The notes under the pieces were generated by a model, which worked only from the letters and a program-made list of their open reading frames with translations, made no database searches and had not been told where the DNA came from. DNA of 64,000 nt from Raillietiella orientalis. Its lineage: Eukaryota. The position numbers and the translations under genes were made by a program. Position 1 is the stretch's first letter, and the number at the start of each line of letters is the position of its first letter. Of the stretch, positions 51,340 to 63,468 are shown piece after piece. The stretch covers positions 2,790,001-2,854,000 of the forward strand of contig JAYWIR010000009.1 of NCBI GenBank assembly GCA_036172245.1, in the 5' to 3' direction.

Positions 51340-51770
51340 CCGGAGGCCAAAGGCTCTTAGCGACATCCGGGCGTTTTCGCAGGCGCCAAGGGAAGCGCAC
51401 TTGGTTGCGGCGGCACAGCACGGCGTCGCATGGAAGACACCGGGAGTAGCAGAAGGCGCTCTTCGGGATCGTTCGATCTGCGACAACCGTGCGAGTCGAA
51501 ATCCCCGAGAGGATACGCGCAAGCCGTCGTTCCTGGAGATTCGGCTGCTCCCTGAGGCATGTGTTCTCACCACGGGCAGCCCAATCGCCCACTTCCTTCC
51601 AACCCATAAACCGGAACGCCTAGCGGCATCCCATTTTGATTGCACTTCAAGGGGAACACTACAGTGTCCACGCAAAGGCCACACGTTCTTCAGCGCAGCA
51701 CGGAGTGGTTCGCTCCGCCGGAGACATCCCTTCGCCTTGGAACGGGGAGTGGCGTCGTCCACCAGCCAAT
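51340..51770 (-). pseudogene. Possible RNase HI-like remnant
   Basis: WLVDDA..KNVWPLRG, RNDGLR, GVFHA; weak. Confidence 0.35.
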
Positions 51771-52199
51771 GCAATGCCGCAAAAGAACACCTACTCCGCC
51801 GGCTGGCGACTGTCTCTGCATGCCCTCAGGGCAGGCGGCGTTTCCGCAAGAAGTGCAGGGTCACTTCTCGTCCCGTCTTGCAGCACGCTCAGGGGGTAGC
51901 TCAGGGGAGATCTCAGGGGATCGACTCCCCGCGGATGAGTATTTCCAGGTTCGCAGCCCGGGACACAGCCGCCTCATGCCGCCAGGCATCGAACTCTCTG
52001 GGTCACAGGAGACCCGTCGTCGGGCTTCCCAAAGCGAGGGCAGTTGCTTCAGCGGGAATCGCGTGCTGGCGGAAGGTTGGCAGCAACTAGCGTCGCTACC
52101 GACACGCCACATCCTTCGGCGATGCGATCGAGGCTCAGGGCTTCTTTCGCTTCTGCCGCGCATCCTACGGCGTAGGTTGCAGATTTGACTGCTTACTGA

Positions 52200-53317
52200 G
52201 ACATCAGTCCTCACTCACTTCTGGTAGCCCACCCGCAGTTCCCCTGTCGCCCCATAAACAGGCACTCCTGACTTCAGAAGGCTCTGGAGTCGTGGGTCAC
52301 TCTTTGGAAGTTCACCCAGAGGAACTGGGTCCGCTGCAGAATCTTCTGTACAATGGATATATATCCCGCAGGACTGGACGCACTGGTCCCGGATAGCCTT
52401 CACGTCCCTTGTCGCAGCACTGTCTGCCCTCAGGGCAAACGACGACAGCAGCCAACCGGCCGGATGGGAGTTCTCCCGCAGTATCGCAGGAGTCGAGAAA
52501 CTCCTGGGCGGCTGCAAGGCGAACGGGCGGGCTGGTGAGCGCCACCACTGCGTCGGTGGATTGAGCTGCTTGGTGCATCCCTCGAAGAACTCGTGGTCCC
52601 TCCCCTGGGTGTGGACACCTCCGTGTTCCCGCTCCGGTGGAAACCACAGGATGTCCTGCTGTTTCTGCAATGGGGTTACTAGTGCCATCAGTGCAGACAC
52701 CCGATTTCCGGGTGAGTTGCCTCCCCGAACTGTTCCAGGTGCGGGGCAATGGGATCGCTCCCGCACCTCCTGTTGGACTGCGGTGCCCTGGAGGACACGA
52801 GGCAGAGACTGCCTTGGGCGCTCCGACAACCGCATGACCACGCTTTGGACTTGCGGCGACGTCTGTTCGCAGAAAGTGGGCTGAAGAAAGGCTCTTCGAT
52901 CGCAACCATCTGTTGCGTCCGCGCGTCACGGTGACAGTCCGTCACATACTGGAGTCAGTTTCTCGGCGAAGAGAGGCCACCAGCATGGCAGCAGCCCTCA
53001 TGAAGACAGCAACAAGGTAATCCCATCTGCCAGAAGAAGTCTCCAGGGAGATCTCCACTGTCCAGAACAGCTTTTAGAAAAGAAGGAAAGTCTTTAACCA
53101 AAGACCCCTGTCCCCACCCTTCCATCTTTCTATTTTTTTATTTATTGTCTCCTCCCTCCGTTTTCTACTTTTCGGAAGCCGGCCTCGTGCAGGTGGTCAT
53201 CTCGGATGAACTTTTTTTTTTTTTTGACATCTCACGTTTTTGAGGGTATGGGTGGGGGTTCTTTTCTCTTTCTTGTAGTTTGTCTTTTTAAAATAAACGT
53301 CACGGCGTCAACGGATA
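52200..53317 (+). mobile_element. LINE 3' portion, subfamily A4
   Basis: CSRCGAMGSLPHLLLDCGAL; terminal motif variant at 53292-53317. Confidence 0.8.
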
Positions 53318-53329
53318 AGAACTGGTACC

Positions 53330-54000
53330 GGAGATGAGTTGGGTGGCTGCTGCCAGCCGCTAGTACTTGCCCGCAACTCCCCTTTCTACGCGAGCAGGGG
53401 ACGGAAGGTTTCTCAGACGTCAAAGGGCAGGAAAGTCTCGGAGAAGGAGGTTGTGGGAGAGAGCTCTCCCGGAGCCGCCGTCGGCTCAGGTGCTGACGGT
53501 GGTGGGACCAACAGAGAGATCCTGGAGGTTTTGGCAAGGGAAGGGTGCCATGCAAGCGGCGTCTGGGGCATGGTCTGTCGGATTCGGTGATCCTAATTGT
53601 CCTTAATCCCATGGCCCACCGTTCGTGGCTTTCTCTTAGCCGCTGGTTCTCCCTTCCCGGTTTCTGCTCGCTGGTTTTCTTCGGCGACGGTCGGAAAAGT
53701 GTGGGCCTCGTAGGCGTTGAGAGCGGACCTGAAGGAGCCGCCATAAGTCCAGAGCCAGACCGCCACTCACGTTCTGACTCTGGCGGCCCGTGCCATCGGA
53801 TGGTCGAAAGCCACCGCCTTTTCCGTGGGAGATTACGAGGCAGACGCCGAAGGACATGCTGGCACAGGAAAAGAAAAGGACAGGAAGCGGGTAGGAAGAA
53901 ACCCTTCTGGTGCTAATGGGGGAAGGGGGAATTCTGCGTCCCCGCGGTATGTCTGATGTTTGACTCGGCCGCGGCCTGGGATCCATTGAGATAGCTTCAG
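53330..54000 (-). mobile_element. Possible ORF1 zinc-knuckle remnant
   Basis: RPCPRRRLHG..SLCWSHHRQH. Confidence 0.35.
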
Positions 54001-54399
54001 TCGCCGCTCAGAGGTCAGGGAGTCGTCGTCTGAGACGACAGCATTCGCAGAAAATCGAAATCTACAGGAGTCGGGATTCTCTCTTTGGGACGGGGAGCGG
54101 ATCACTGCACTGGACCCCCACGCCCATTTTATTTTATTTTTTTTCTCTCCATCAACCGGAAGTCCGCAGGAAGCAGGTCCAGGGCTGAAGCCGCCTCCGG
54201 CCAGTCAGGTTCCCGGCAGCGGCGTGGCTTGCCTCTCGCAACAGAAGTTCGCCAGCCACGAAGCGGCAGCCTCCAGGAAGAGGCTGCTTCTCTTTCTCTC
54301 GATAACAGGATGGATTAGGGATGCGAAGGGATCGGAGGTCTCCTTGACAACACGTGACAGGCAGAGTGGCGATGGATTCGGCTTTGTCTTCTCATCCAT

Positions 54400-55430
54400 G
54401 GAGACGAGGTCAGGTTTCCAGTTAAGGGCAGCAGCATCTCCCGCTCTTCCCTTCCCTCTTGGGAGCATTTGGCGCCCATCGGAGGAGCGGAAAGAAGCCC
54501 TTAGGATCTCCCCCCCCCGGCCCAAGACACCCCCCTCACTGCCTCCACTTCTTCAGCCAGATGCGCCTCGTGGCTCCCCATTGGTTCAGCCCGTTCACCT
54601 TGGGCGCCTGGAAAACATCCCAAGCAAGACGCGCGCACCCGAGTAGGCAGACATCCGAACCCGCCGGCGGCCATGATGGGATGAACCCAGTCCCCATCAG
54701 AAAGGAAGGAGCAATAAAAATCACGCCGAGTGGGGTGCCTGCCCTTGCAAAGGCTGGCGTAACGCAAAGCGAGCCGCGCATCGGGCACCGGGGTTTGGAG
54801 TTCGTCATGCGCACGCGGGTTGCAGCCCTGGACAAAGTCAGTTATCGGGCAGGAGGTCACGAGCGCGGACCCCGGCCTGGGTGACGAAAGTTTCGAGGCG
54901 CCCCGAAAAGGGGTGCGAAGGAACGCATGCCTTTAACGGGCAAGATCGCTTCCCGCGGGGAACCGACATGGCAAACGCCAAGAAACCGAAACCAGGGGAC
55001 ACGCGGGAGGCCTTTGGCGGGGGAGGCGGAGCGGACTCCTCCTGGCGGCGGCACCTCCGTCGGCCGCTGGTGAACTCGCCACGAGTATTGGTGGCTGCAG
55101 ATGATCGAGGGCTTCGAAGGAACGGTCCCGTGGGTCGGTGCTAGTGTGCAGCCCTGCGCGCCTCCAGGAGGATCCGACGGCAGCCTCCTTTTTTCTCCGA
55201 GGAGCGCCGCCAGGACGAGCCGATGGCCGCCTCCTTCCTGCGCCGAGGCGCGCCGCCGGAGACCGCGGCGCACGTTCCCGTCACGCTGCGGCGGCGGCAA
55301 CCTGTGGCCGTTCCGGCGTGGGTCCCGGCTGCCGCGACGGACAGCGTCCGGATGGTGCCTTCTTGCGGCGCGGCTCCGAGACGGATCAACTCTGGCAGGA
55401 AGGCCGGAGCGAACTCCCCGACTCGGATCG
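54400..55430 (+). mobile_element. Decayed RT domain (subdomains 1-6)
   Basis: PAGGHDG, GQDRFPRG (~QxGFxxGR), LQEDPTAASFF (~RQGDPLSPLLF), RIN. Confidence 0.6.
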
Positions 55431-55639
55431 AAGTCTTCGAGCGGGAGCAGCGCCGCATGTGGGCTTTAATCATCCCGGGCATCGCTTGCAGAAAAATCGC
55501 AGGAAAGGAAGGAAACAATGAAATCCAGGAAGAAGCGAGGCACGAAGCATGAAAGAACAAAGGGATGGATGGAGTTGGTGTTCCTCCTCCGTCTGCTAAC
55601 GGGGCTTTCATGCATCCTTGAATTTAGGGATGCTGCGCG

Positions 55640-56130
55640 GGACCATTATTGCTTTTCACAACAGAGGACCATGTGCGACCCCAGCGGCAAAAATGCACGG
55701 ATTTCCAGATGGTCCAACTGCCTGGCTCCCCGCTCGGAAAATGGATGCGAGCATTCAGCACGCATCCGGTGTGCACGCAGACACCCAGCGAGCGAGGAAC
55801 ACAAAGCGGAAATGAGTTCTCCTGTTCGGATGGGTAGCAGGAGCGATTTTTTACCTCCCTGGAAAGGCGGCTGTTCCGAAAATTGCGAGGCGAATGGGTT
55901 CCGATGCATTGCCATCAGCACGATCGAACAAGCCGATTGGAAAGCGCACGACTTGCAATCCTTTCAGTCTGGATGCAGGCGGACCGGGGGACGATTTTTC
56001 GCCGGCGTGCGCTCTGCGGCGGAATTTCGGGATCCGGGGAACGCCCGGACGGGAGAATCCGGGCTGCGGTGGTCTGGACGGTTCGGTGCGCCACGAAGGC
56101 GGCGTCGCCAGCTGCGGATCTGCGCAGTGA
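55640..56130 (+). pseudogene. RNase HI-like domain remnant
   Basis: PSGKNARI (~NGxxNARAG), EHKAEM (~NRAEL), DWK..SGCRRTGG. Confidence 0.55.
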
Positions 56131-56539
56131 TCCCTACCGTCCTTGGAACCCTTCCTCACCCCAACAGTCCAAACGGACGGGGCTGGAAATCCGCGCTCCC
56201 TTTTTTCCCTCAGACTGCCTTCAGTGCTTATCCCTAAAGTTCCGAAGAAGATCCTCAGGAGGCAATGCGCTCGCTTTTCCCCTTCCCGTCGGTCCTTGGG
56301 CGACCGCCCTACGGCCACTCCTCTCGCGAGCAGTAAATGTCAGCATCTGGGTTCTCCACATGCGAGGAGGGGGAGAGAAGGAGAAAAGGGAGGAAGAGGA
56401 GAAGTAAGGAAGGGAAAAGGAGGAGGAGGAAGAGGAAAAAGGGAGGAAGAAGAAGAGGAAGAGGCGGAGAGCACTCAAATCACTCGGCTATCCACCTCGG
56501 CATCTGCAAATCAGATCGATGCTTGCGTTTCCAATCACT

Positions 56540-57950
56540 TCGGCTAGGCAGGTTTACCCTTGATGGCCAGTCTCACGCCCTTCGCTGAGGAATTCATCCT
56601 TCCTTGCAGAGCTTCTTTCGTCACATGAGCAGCCATCCCCGGGTGCATTCGAAAGACCATCAGATTATCCAGTCCGGACCTTCCGATCTCCAGGCTCTTG
56701 CGCCCACGCCGCGAGCCTCCAAACAAGCTGATACAAATTCCGCCATTTCATAGAGGATTACCTGCATCATCACCCAAGTGAATTCTTCGCGCTTGGGGTC
56801 CGAAAGCAGCAACGTCTTAATGACTCCACCGGAAAGAGTTCACTCGATCACTGCTCAATTTAGTGTTCATCTCTCGAGTCAGAAACGCCTCCCCTTCTTT
56901 TTTTTTTCTTTTGATCTTCCAGTTCTATTAAATGAGAGCTCAAGAACGGAATTCTGGTCTTGGTACACTTCGAAGTTGCTGAAATTTCCTTCCCATTGAA
57001 CGTAAAATGAGCACTGTAGGCACAAGACGTATACATTCCTGCATGTTTCGTACGAATACGTGCCTACACACGACGTGGTTACTTGACTCTCAAAAGAATT
57101 AGCTCTTATATGAGTACTTGAAATATGTCCTTTGTGACCGGAAGCTCTTCAGGTTGAAACGAGGTGCCCTGAGAGGTTCAGAGGGGTCCTTCTTCGAGTT
57201 CACGGCGATCTCTAAGGAAGCACATCGAAGATTGAAAATCCGTGGAAAATGAAACGGACTCTTTGAATAGATGCCTCGCAGCATTCCTTGCCTTCTTTGA
57301 GAGTCAGCAGTTCCTGCAAAAAAAAAGATCTGTTCAAGATGAAAATCGCTGCACCATTCTGAGATGCAGCTCCATCTTTCCGAATTTACGGAACAAGAAG
57401 TAATCCTTTTCCTGGTCGTTATTTATTTTGCCTTCTCCTTATGCTTTCTGTGGTTGCTGACCACCTGAAGACGGTTCATTTTCTTCTCCGGGACACGGGA
57501 CCGGGAGTTGGCAGTGACTTTCCTCCTCGCTGGTTTCCGGAGCTGAAGAAAAAGCAGTGAATTCAACCAGTGTAAAACACCGTCTGTGCACATCGAAAGG
57601 ATCACTCCTCTCTCCGACGTCCATCTTGGCATCTTGCATGAACATTCTTTGGCGCTTTCATGCGTTAGGTGAGCACATTAGGAGACTGAATGCACTGGGC
57701 GGGAGCACTCCATGGGGCGGGCTACCTAAGATCCCCTCTTTTGGCAAACTCCTCTTGTGAAGGCTGCTATCCTGACTATCCCTAGAACACCATACGGATT
57801 TTCCTTCCTTCGCCATTTCCGATTCTCCGACGTTCGTTACTGTACAGACCCTTTGAGCTTCGCGGCCGCTTCTTCTGTAGTCGTTCGAAGGTCATTCAGA
57901 AGTTAAAGAAGTGAGTTGATCAAAACCGTTAGAGGTCTTATGGATGAAAT
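56540..57950 (-). mobile_element. Possible decayed EN-end to RT-start fragment
   Basis: KSLEIGRSGLDNL (~KAxGxD); other motifs weak. Confidence 0.35.
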
Positions 57951-57954
57951 GACC

Positions 57955-59400
57955 TCAAGAAGCTATTATCAAACTTTTCATGGGTGAGGAGTCTGTTCTG
58001 CTAGAACGCCGAGGCCTCTCGCGCCCTGTAAGAGTGTTGGTTTTCATGGACAGCAAACCATGGCAGTCGGAATCTTCCATAGCGGATGCAGTGACTCCCA
58101 TGACGAAGCAGCAGGCCTCGGAGCTGGTCACCGCTCGAGAGTCGAGAGCGAACACCCAGCAACTGGTACACAGTCGTTCTTGCCTCCCAGCGGGGATCGA
58201 ACGACCGCAGGTTCTTCCGGCTGCGAAGGGTAGGAAGATCGCGATGGTACCCCTTAGGAGTGATTGGGCGTGAGTCCAGCTTGGAGAGCCGTCGAGGAAC
58301 ATCTTGTAGACAGTGGCGACTTGTCCTCGTGCGAGTCGGAAAGCAGTCCGTGAGGGTAGGCTTTGATCACGGTTTAGCAGATCGCACATTCCCGAAGCAA
58401 CGGAGGAGTCATGCATAGCGATCCTTACTCTGAGGTGTGAGCCATGGTGGTTGATGTGGAAGGCAGGTCTGATCTCGAGGAGCAGACGAGCTTGGTCCGA
58501 AAGAAAGGCGAACCGGTGACCTCTCCTAAGGGTGATTTCCAAGTAGTAGCTGATGAGGTCCCACACCATAGTTTCGTCCTCTACCGCATGATCCCCCGTC
58601 TTCATCATGTAGAGTGGAAGAGGAGAGAAACGCCGCCGACGGACATTCTGGTTCGCTACCTTGAATTTCCCAGACGGCAAGAGTTCGAACTGATGGCTGC
58701 CTGCCCATCGTCCAAATGCCGTAAGCGCGTCCATTGTGAAGGCAGGATTTTGCCAGAAGTCCTTCTAGGAAGGTGCTTTCCCAGGTACTAGAAAGTGGTA
58801 ACAAAATCTTCTTCACTGTCACTTCTGTCTCCGGAAGTTTCTGGGGAAACCCCATCATGAATAAGTGCATCTCGCTGGATGTATTGACTTAGACTTTAGT
58901 TCATAATCCAAGAGATTAACAGTTTTTCCAGCAGCTTAGATGCAGCTTCACCCGACTGCCGTACGAGGCTCCTTTTGGCCGCTGGGCTGTACAGAGATGC
59001 GTTTTTGTCTCTTGGTGGTGAGAGGAGGCACTTCTTCACCATTCAATGAAGACTGCAATCCAGAAATTTGATATTCCATCTCTGGACGAGCTCTTGAAGT
59101 TTTCGAAATTCACAGAGCTAAGAAAGAAAGGGATATCCAAGTAGCCTGTTCCCTCGCAGGATAGAGACCACTGTTCATGTGCAACTCGACCTCTTCCAAA
59201 ACGTCGGGGCTGTTCAGATGAGCCATCAAAAGTTCAAGTCCGAGAGGTTTTCCCATGTGCTTTGGGACCTCCGACAATGAGGCGTCGTCTCGTCTGACCT
59301 CTCCGACTTCTTCGAAGCTCCTGGAACCCGTGGAGAACTCGGCGAATCCGTGGTGGAGCGTAGCGCTCCTTCGGATCGTCAGTGACACCATGACGTGGAT
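57955..59400 (-). mobile_element. Family B LINE C-terminal region (includes the 259-aa ORF 57955-58734)
   Basis: VPKHMGKPLGLELL (~PxxxGGLGL) upstream; C-terminus homologous to 1530-1950. Confidence 0.65.
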
Positions 59401-59559
59401 GCTGGATCACAGTTTCCCCGCCGACCCAAATGGATGCACGTCTTCATGACGCCCTCGCCTGAGACGATGACCAAACTGCCAGCAGCATGCCAGAAACACA
59501 CCATGGCCGCTTGACTTCGGACCTGTTTTTCGATGTCATTTGATTGTACTATGGATTGA

Positions 59560-60600
59560 CACCCGGTCACGTCGGGGCGGTTATTTATAAAAAATAAAAC
59601 TAGGACATCAGAGGAAAGATGAGTGATTTTGCCATGTTACAAGAATGTACAAAAAGAACTTGTCGAGAACCCACGCGCAGGCCGGCGAGGTTCTCCACGG
59701 CAGCAGAGGGGAAGGGAAGGGGAACCAACAAAAATAAACATAAAACAAAACAAAAACAATTGAGGAAGGGGTTGTGGTCGGGCAAGGATTTCTGTGTGCT
59801 GGAGGACGTCCTCTGCATCCTTGGAAGGATGCCGGCAAGTTCCTGTTTTAGGATCCCCAGATGGGGCCATCTTGACGCTATCCCCATGAAGAGGACAGCA
59901 AAATAGATGGCTTCCCTGTCGTCCTGGCCTCCTCTGGCGTAGCTCCATGAAGCCACGATCCCACGTAGGCAGCGAAGCGCCGCTAGGGATACGGCCGGCG
60001 TAAGGGCATCGCGCGAAAATAGGCGTTTCAAAATGCCTCTAGGGTTGCCCTCGGGGATCCGCAGGGACACGGCGAAGCGTACCCACAGGGGACGGAGGAC
60101 AACACAATCCATAAGCAGGTGCGAGAGGGACTCTCTTTCGACGCACCTGATGCAGTTGAGACTCACCTCCTCCCCGGGTCCAATGGTGTCGGCTGGCGTT
60201 GCACGGGAAGCCCCGGTGCAACAACAGGGTCTCCAACTCCTGCCAATTTAGGGTGAGGGTGGCACTTTTCCAACACTCTGGGAGCCCCTGTACCTCCTCT
60301 GGAGGGATTTGTAGCAGCTCTCCCTAGCGTAGTGGTCCTTTTGGTGGGAAACTTGGAATTGCGGCGTTTGTCAGCTCCCTAGTTGTCCACGCACCCAGAT
60401 ATTTTTTTCTGTTCCCTATCACGCAGGTCACTTCGTACCTCACTGATGGTTGGCTATCTATTGCTCTCCTTAGGGAGGTCAGCACTGGGGCGAGGGGGAT
60501 GAAGGGGGCCCACAGCAGATTCCAGGTGTTCTCCAGGACCTCCGTCAGCGGCTGGTGAGCATATCAGCTGTTCCGTAGGCAGATGCAGTCTGCCTCTCCC
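59560..60600 (-). mobile_element. LINE 3' portion, subfamily A2
   Basis: LLLHRGFPCNASRHHWT, NCIRCVERESLSHLLMDC; terminal motif at 59560-59585. Confidence 0.9.
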
Positions 60601-61280
60601 GTGCCATTGATTTTTCGCCATGAGAACACTGACTCTGGCAGGCAGGCCGTCCATTGGACTGTGGATGGTAGTGGCCACGTCGCGCAGATGGACGAAGCCT
60701 TTCGATCCACCTCAAAGAGCCCATTCACCATGGAAACCTGGAGCGTCCTTCTGAAGGACGCTTCGCAGAGTCCTCCAGGGTTCCGACCTCATTGTTGGAG
60801 TGTCCCGAAGCACCTGGGGAAACCATCCGGACTTGAACTTTTGAAGGCACATCCGAACAGCCCAGATGTTTTGGGAAGAGGCTGAGTCACACGTGGACAG
60901 TGGCTGCTATTCCACTAGGCAACAGGTTACTTGGACACCCTTCTCTTTCTTAGCTCTGTGGATTTTGAAAATTTCCCGTAGTCCAACAAGTGTGCGATGT
61001 CTTCTGCTCTCGGGAAGCGAGGTCGCACCGCTGGCCGCCTTGGAGGTCGGAAATGGCGAACACTGCGTGTTATCAGGATCAATCTTCGCAAGCCGAATCA
61101 GACCGGTGTGCGCCTCTTCCCGGTCTTTCATCCATGTATCTCCCGAAGAATGCCCGGGATCTCTCCACTTGCAGTCCACCGAAAGCGCACAAAGCATCAA
61201 ATCAACTGATAAGGAGACCAATTTCTTCTCCATTCAGGACAAGGCAAGCCCGGATGGCGAGGAAGAGAGACATCCGCGTG
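60600..61280 (+). mobile_element. Family B thumb-region fragment
   Basis: VPKHLGKPSGLELLKAHPNSPDVL; 60785-60975 is homologous to 59100-59285(-) with many third-position changes. Confidence 0.6.
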
Positions 61281-62149
61281 GATTTCGGGGATGAGCAGGC
61301 AGGCAAGGTGGCCGCCTCCTGCGGTGCCGGAACCAAAGGTTCCGGAAGCCGAAGAGAAAGGAAAAGGAATGCATGAATCCGCTGAGAATGGGGAAGCGCG
61401 CCGGGTGGAAGGTGGAGGAAAAGGAAGTTAGGGGTACGGCAGCGACCCCACGCGAAACCCAAACAGTTTCCCCCGCCGACCCAGCTCTTGCCGATCGGCG
61501 ATCAGTGACGCGGTCAAAGGTCAAAGCGGGCAGGGAAGAGAAGGGAAGGGGGGGGGGGGAGGAGAAGGTCGTGACGGTAAACGGCTCTTGGATCTTTGAA
61601 AGTGCTACCCGCACATTGGTTCACTCCCTTGCGGCGGTAGCAGGAAGACGCTGACGAGAATTGTGGGGCTCAGTGACCCACGAATAGGATGCAGGGACAA
61701 CGCAACGGGCACGGGACTCCAGACGCGGGAGTCGATTTCAATGTCCGTGAAATCCACTGGCAGATTTCTCTTTTGCACTTTGCGTGCCTGGCAGCTGGGG
61801 GCAGCTGCTTTTCACATGAGTTCACGATGAGACCGATGGCGAACGTGTGGTAAACGCGTGGATGACTGAGGAACGGAGTGAGACGCAACACGGAGACGAA
61901 ACGAGCCTGAGGAGAGCGGCGGTTCCCCGCCAGAGCTGCTGCTTCCCTTCCTCGACGGGGGGAGACCTGCGACGCGACACTCAGGGGGAGTGCCAGCCGC
62001 AAACGCCCCTTACCTCTCCAAGGCAGGAGCGTGCGCAAGTTTTTCCGTTTCGACAGGTAAACCTAGCGGCGATGCAAGACAAGCGATGCATGAAGGATGC
62101 TTCGGTCATGCGACCAATGACCATGTCATTTTCCTGTCGCGCTCGCCTC

Positions 62150-62620
62150 CACGGGCAGCATCCAAAAATCCCCATCATCGACACGCTCGCGAAAGCGCAA
62201 CGAGGAAACACGGAAACTGCGAAAAACGTCCGCTGCTGCTTTCAGGGACTCAGTGGCTGCAGGGCCTGGATGGAAGGGCCTCGAAATCGATAGGATCGAG
62301 CCAAGTACCCAGAGATCAGGCAGGAACAGCTCTCGAGGTGACTTGGAAGACAGTGCATGGGGTGGTGGTGTCTGTCGAACCTTCCGGTCCATGAGGACTG
62401 CAGTGGTGGTTTGGAAGAGGAGCGATGGTTGCAGCCTGCCGAAGCCCCTGGAAGGACGCTGGACCGTCTCCACCGAATGGCGAAGAAAGAGGAGAGCATC
62501 CTACCTCCTCCTGGTGGAAAGTTGAGCTTGTCATTCCGCTGGGTCGTCCCGCGAGAGATCCTCCTGCGATCCATCTGGGAACACAGCAACGTGTAGACCG
62601 CCAGCAGGCGAGACACTCTG
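62150..62620 (+). pseudogene. Possible RNase HI-like remnant
   Basis: LSFRWVVPRE, GTQQRVDRQQA (~GNExADxLA). Confidence 0.35.
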
Positions 62621-63342
62621 GAGACGGGAGATAAAGAACTCTGTTTAAAGAGAATGCCCCGCTGTTGGAATCGCGTGGGGACAAATTCCGGGAACCACAG
62701 TGTAGCAGGCGGAGGGCACATGGAAATCAAAACTAAATCTCGAGAGGAACTTGTATTTGGCGAGACTTCTTGAGACGGAATCCGGAATGACGGAATGATG
62801 GATCTGGAGTCCAGGGAACCGCAAGGAGATCGACAACTTTCAATATGGTACATTTCAAATGATGGTATAAGACAAGCTCACGATTTCCACATCTTCATCC
62901 AGGAAACTAGGTTTTCTGCATTCCCGTGAGATTATTCGTGCGTCGAGATTGGTTAAGCCGAGAGGAAAGGGTGGTCCGAGATGTGCAAGTGGTAGGAAGA
63001 GGCGGGTTCAGGTGTGGACGAGTGGCAAGTGTGGGTAAAGCAAGGAAAGCTCGCTTGACGGTCACTGCAAATGCAGCGCCTGACGTACTCCCCTTATTTG
63101 GGAGCCTAATCCAAAGTTTGCCCATGATCCGCCGGTGTTGATGCCAGCAGAGTCTTCATGCTGCGACGACTTATCGAGTCACAGAGTGGAGTCCCACGTA
63201 AGCTGTGGAGCAATTAGAATCCCGACTCCCGACTTGTGACTCCCGACCGGCTCTTCGTTCTCCAGGGTACATAATTGTTGCTCAAGATTGTCTGAGCCGA
63301 GACGTTTACTTTGCATTCTCTGGCAACTGCTTTCTGCAGCTG

Positions 63343-63468
63343 AAATTTAATCTCTCATTGTTGAAATTGAGCTGCTCATTGTTGAAATATAACCGTACAT
63401 TGTTAAAATAGAATCATCAATTGTTGAGATTGTATCATGAATTGTTGAAATTGAGTCATGCATTGTTG
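63343..63468 (-). repeat. Six 21-bp tandem units encoding ISTMxDx coiled-coil-type heptads (pseudogenised)
   Basis: AAATNNNNNNNNNNATTGTTG x6; minus frame reads TMHDSISTIHDTISTIDDSILTMYGYISTMSSSISTMRD*I. Confidence 0.8.

Noticed and set aside
58270..58330. YKMFLDGS as an RNase H first catalytic motif
   Set aside because: No downstream E/D RNase H motifs follow, and its position fits the family B C-terminal domain.
59100..60975. Inverted repeat flanking the A2 element as TIRs
   Set aside because: The arms are diverged coding paralogues (family B thumb region) in opposite orientation, not terminal repeats.
63343..63468. CRISPR-like repeat/spacer pattern
   Set aside because: The 11-nt constant and 10-nt variable parts are far too short, there are no cas genes, and the period is explained by heptad coding.
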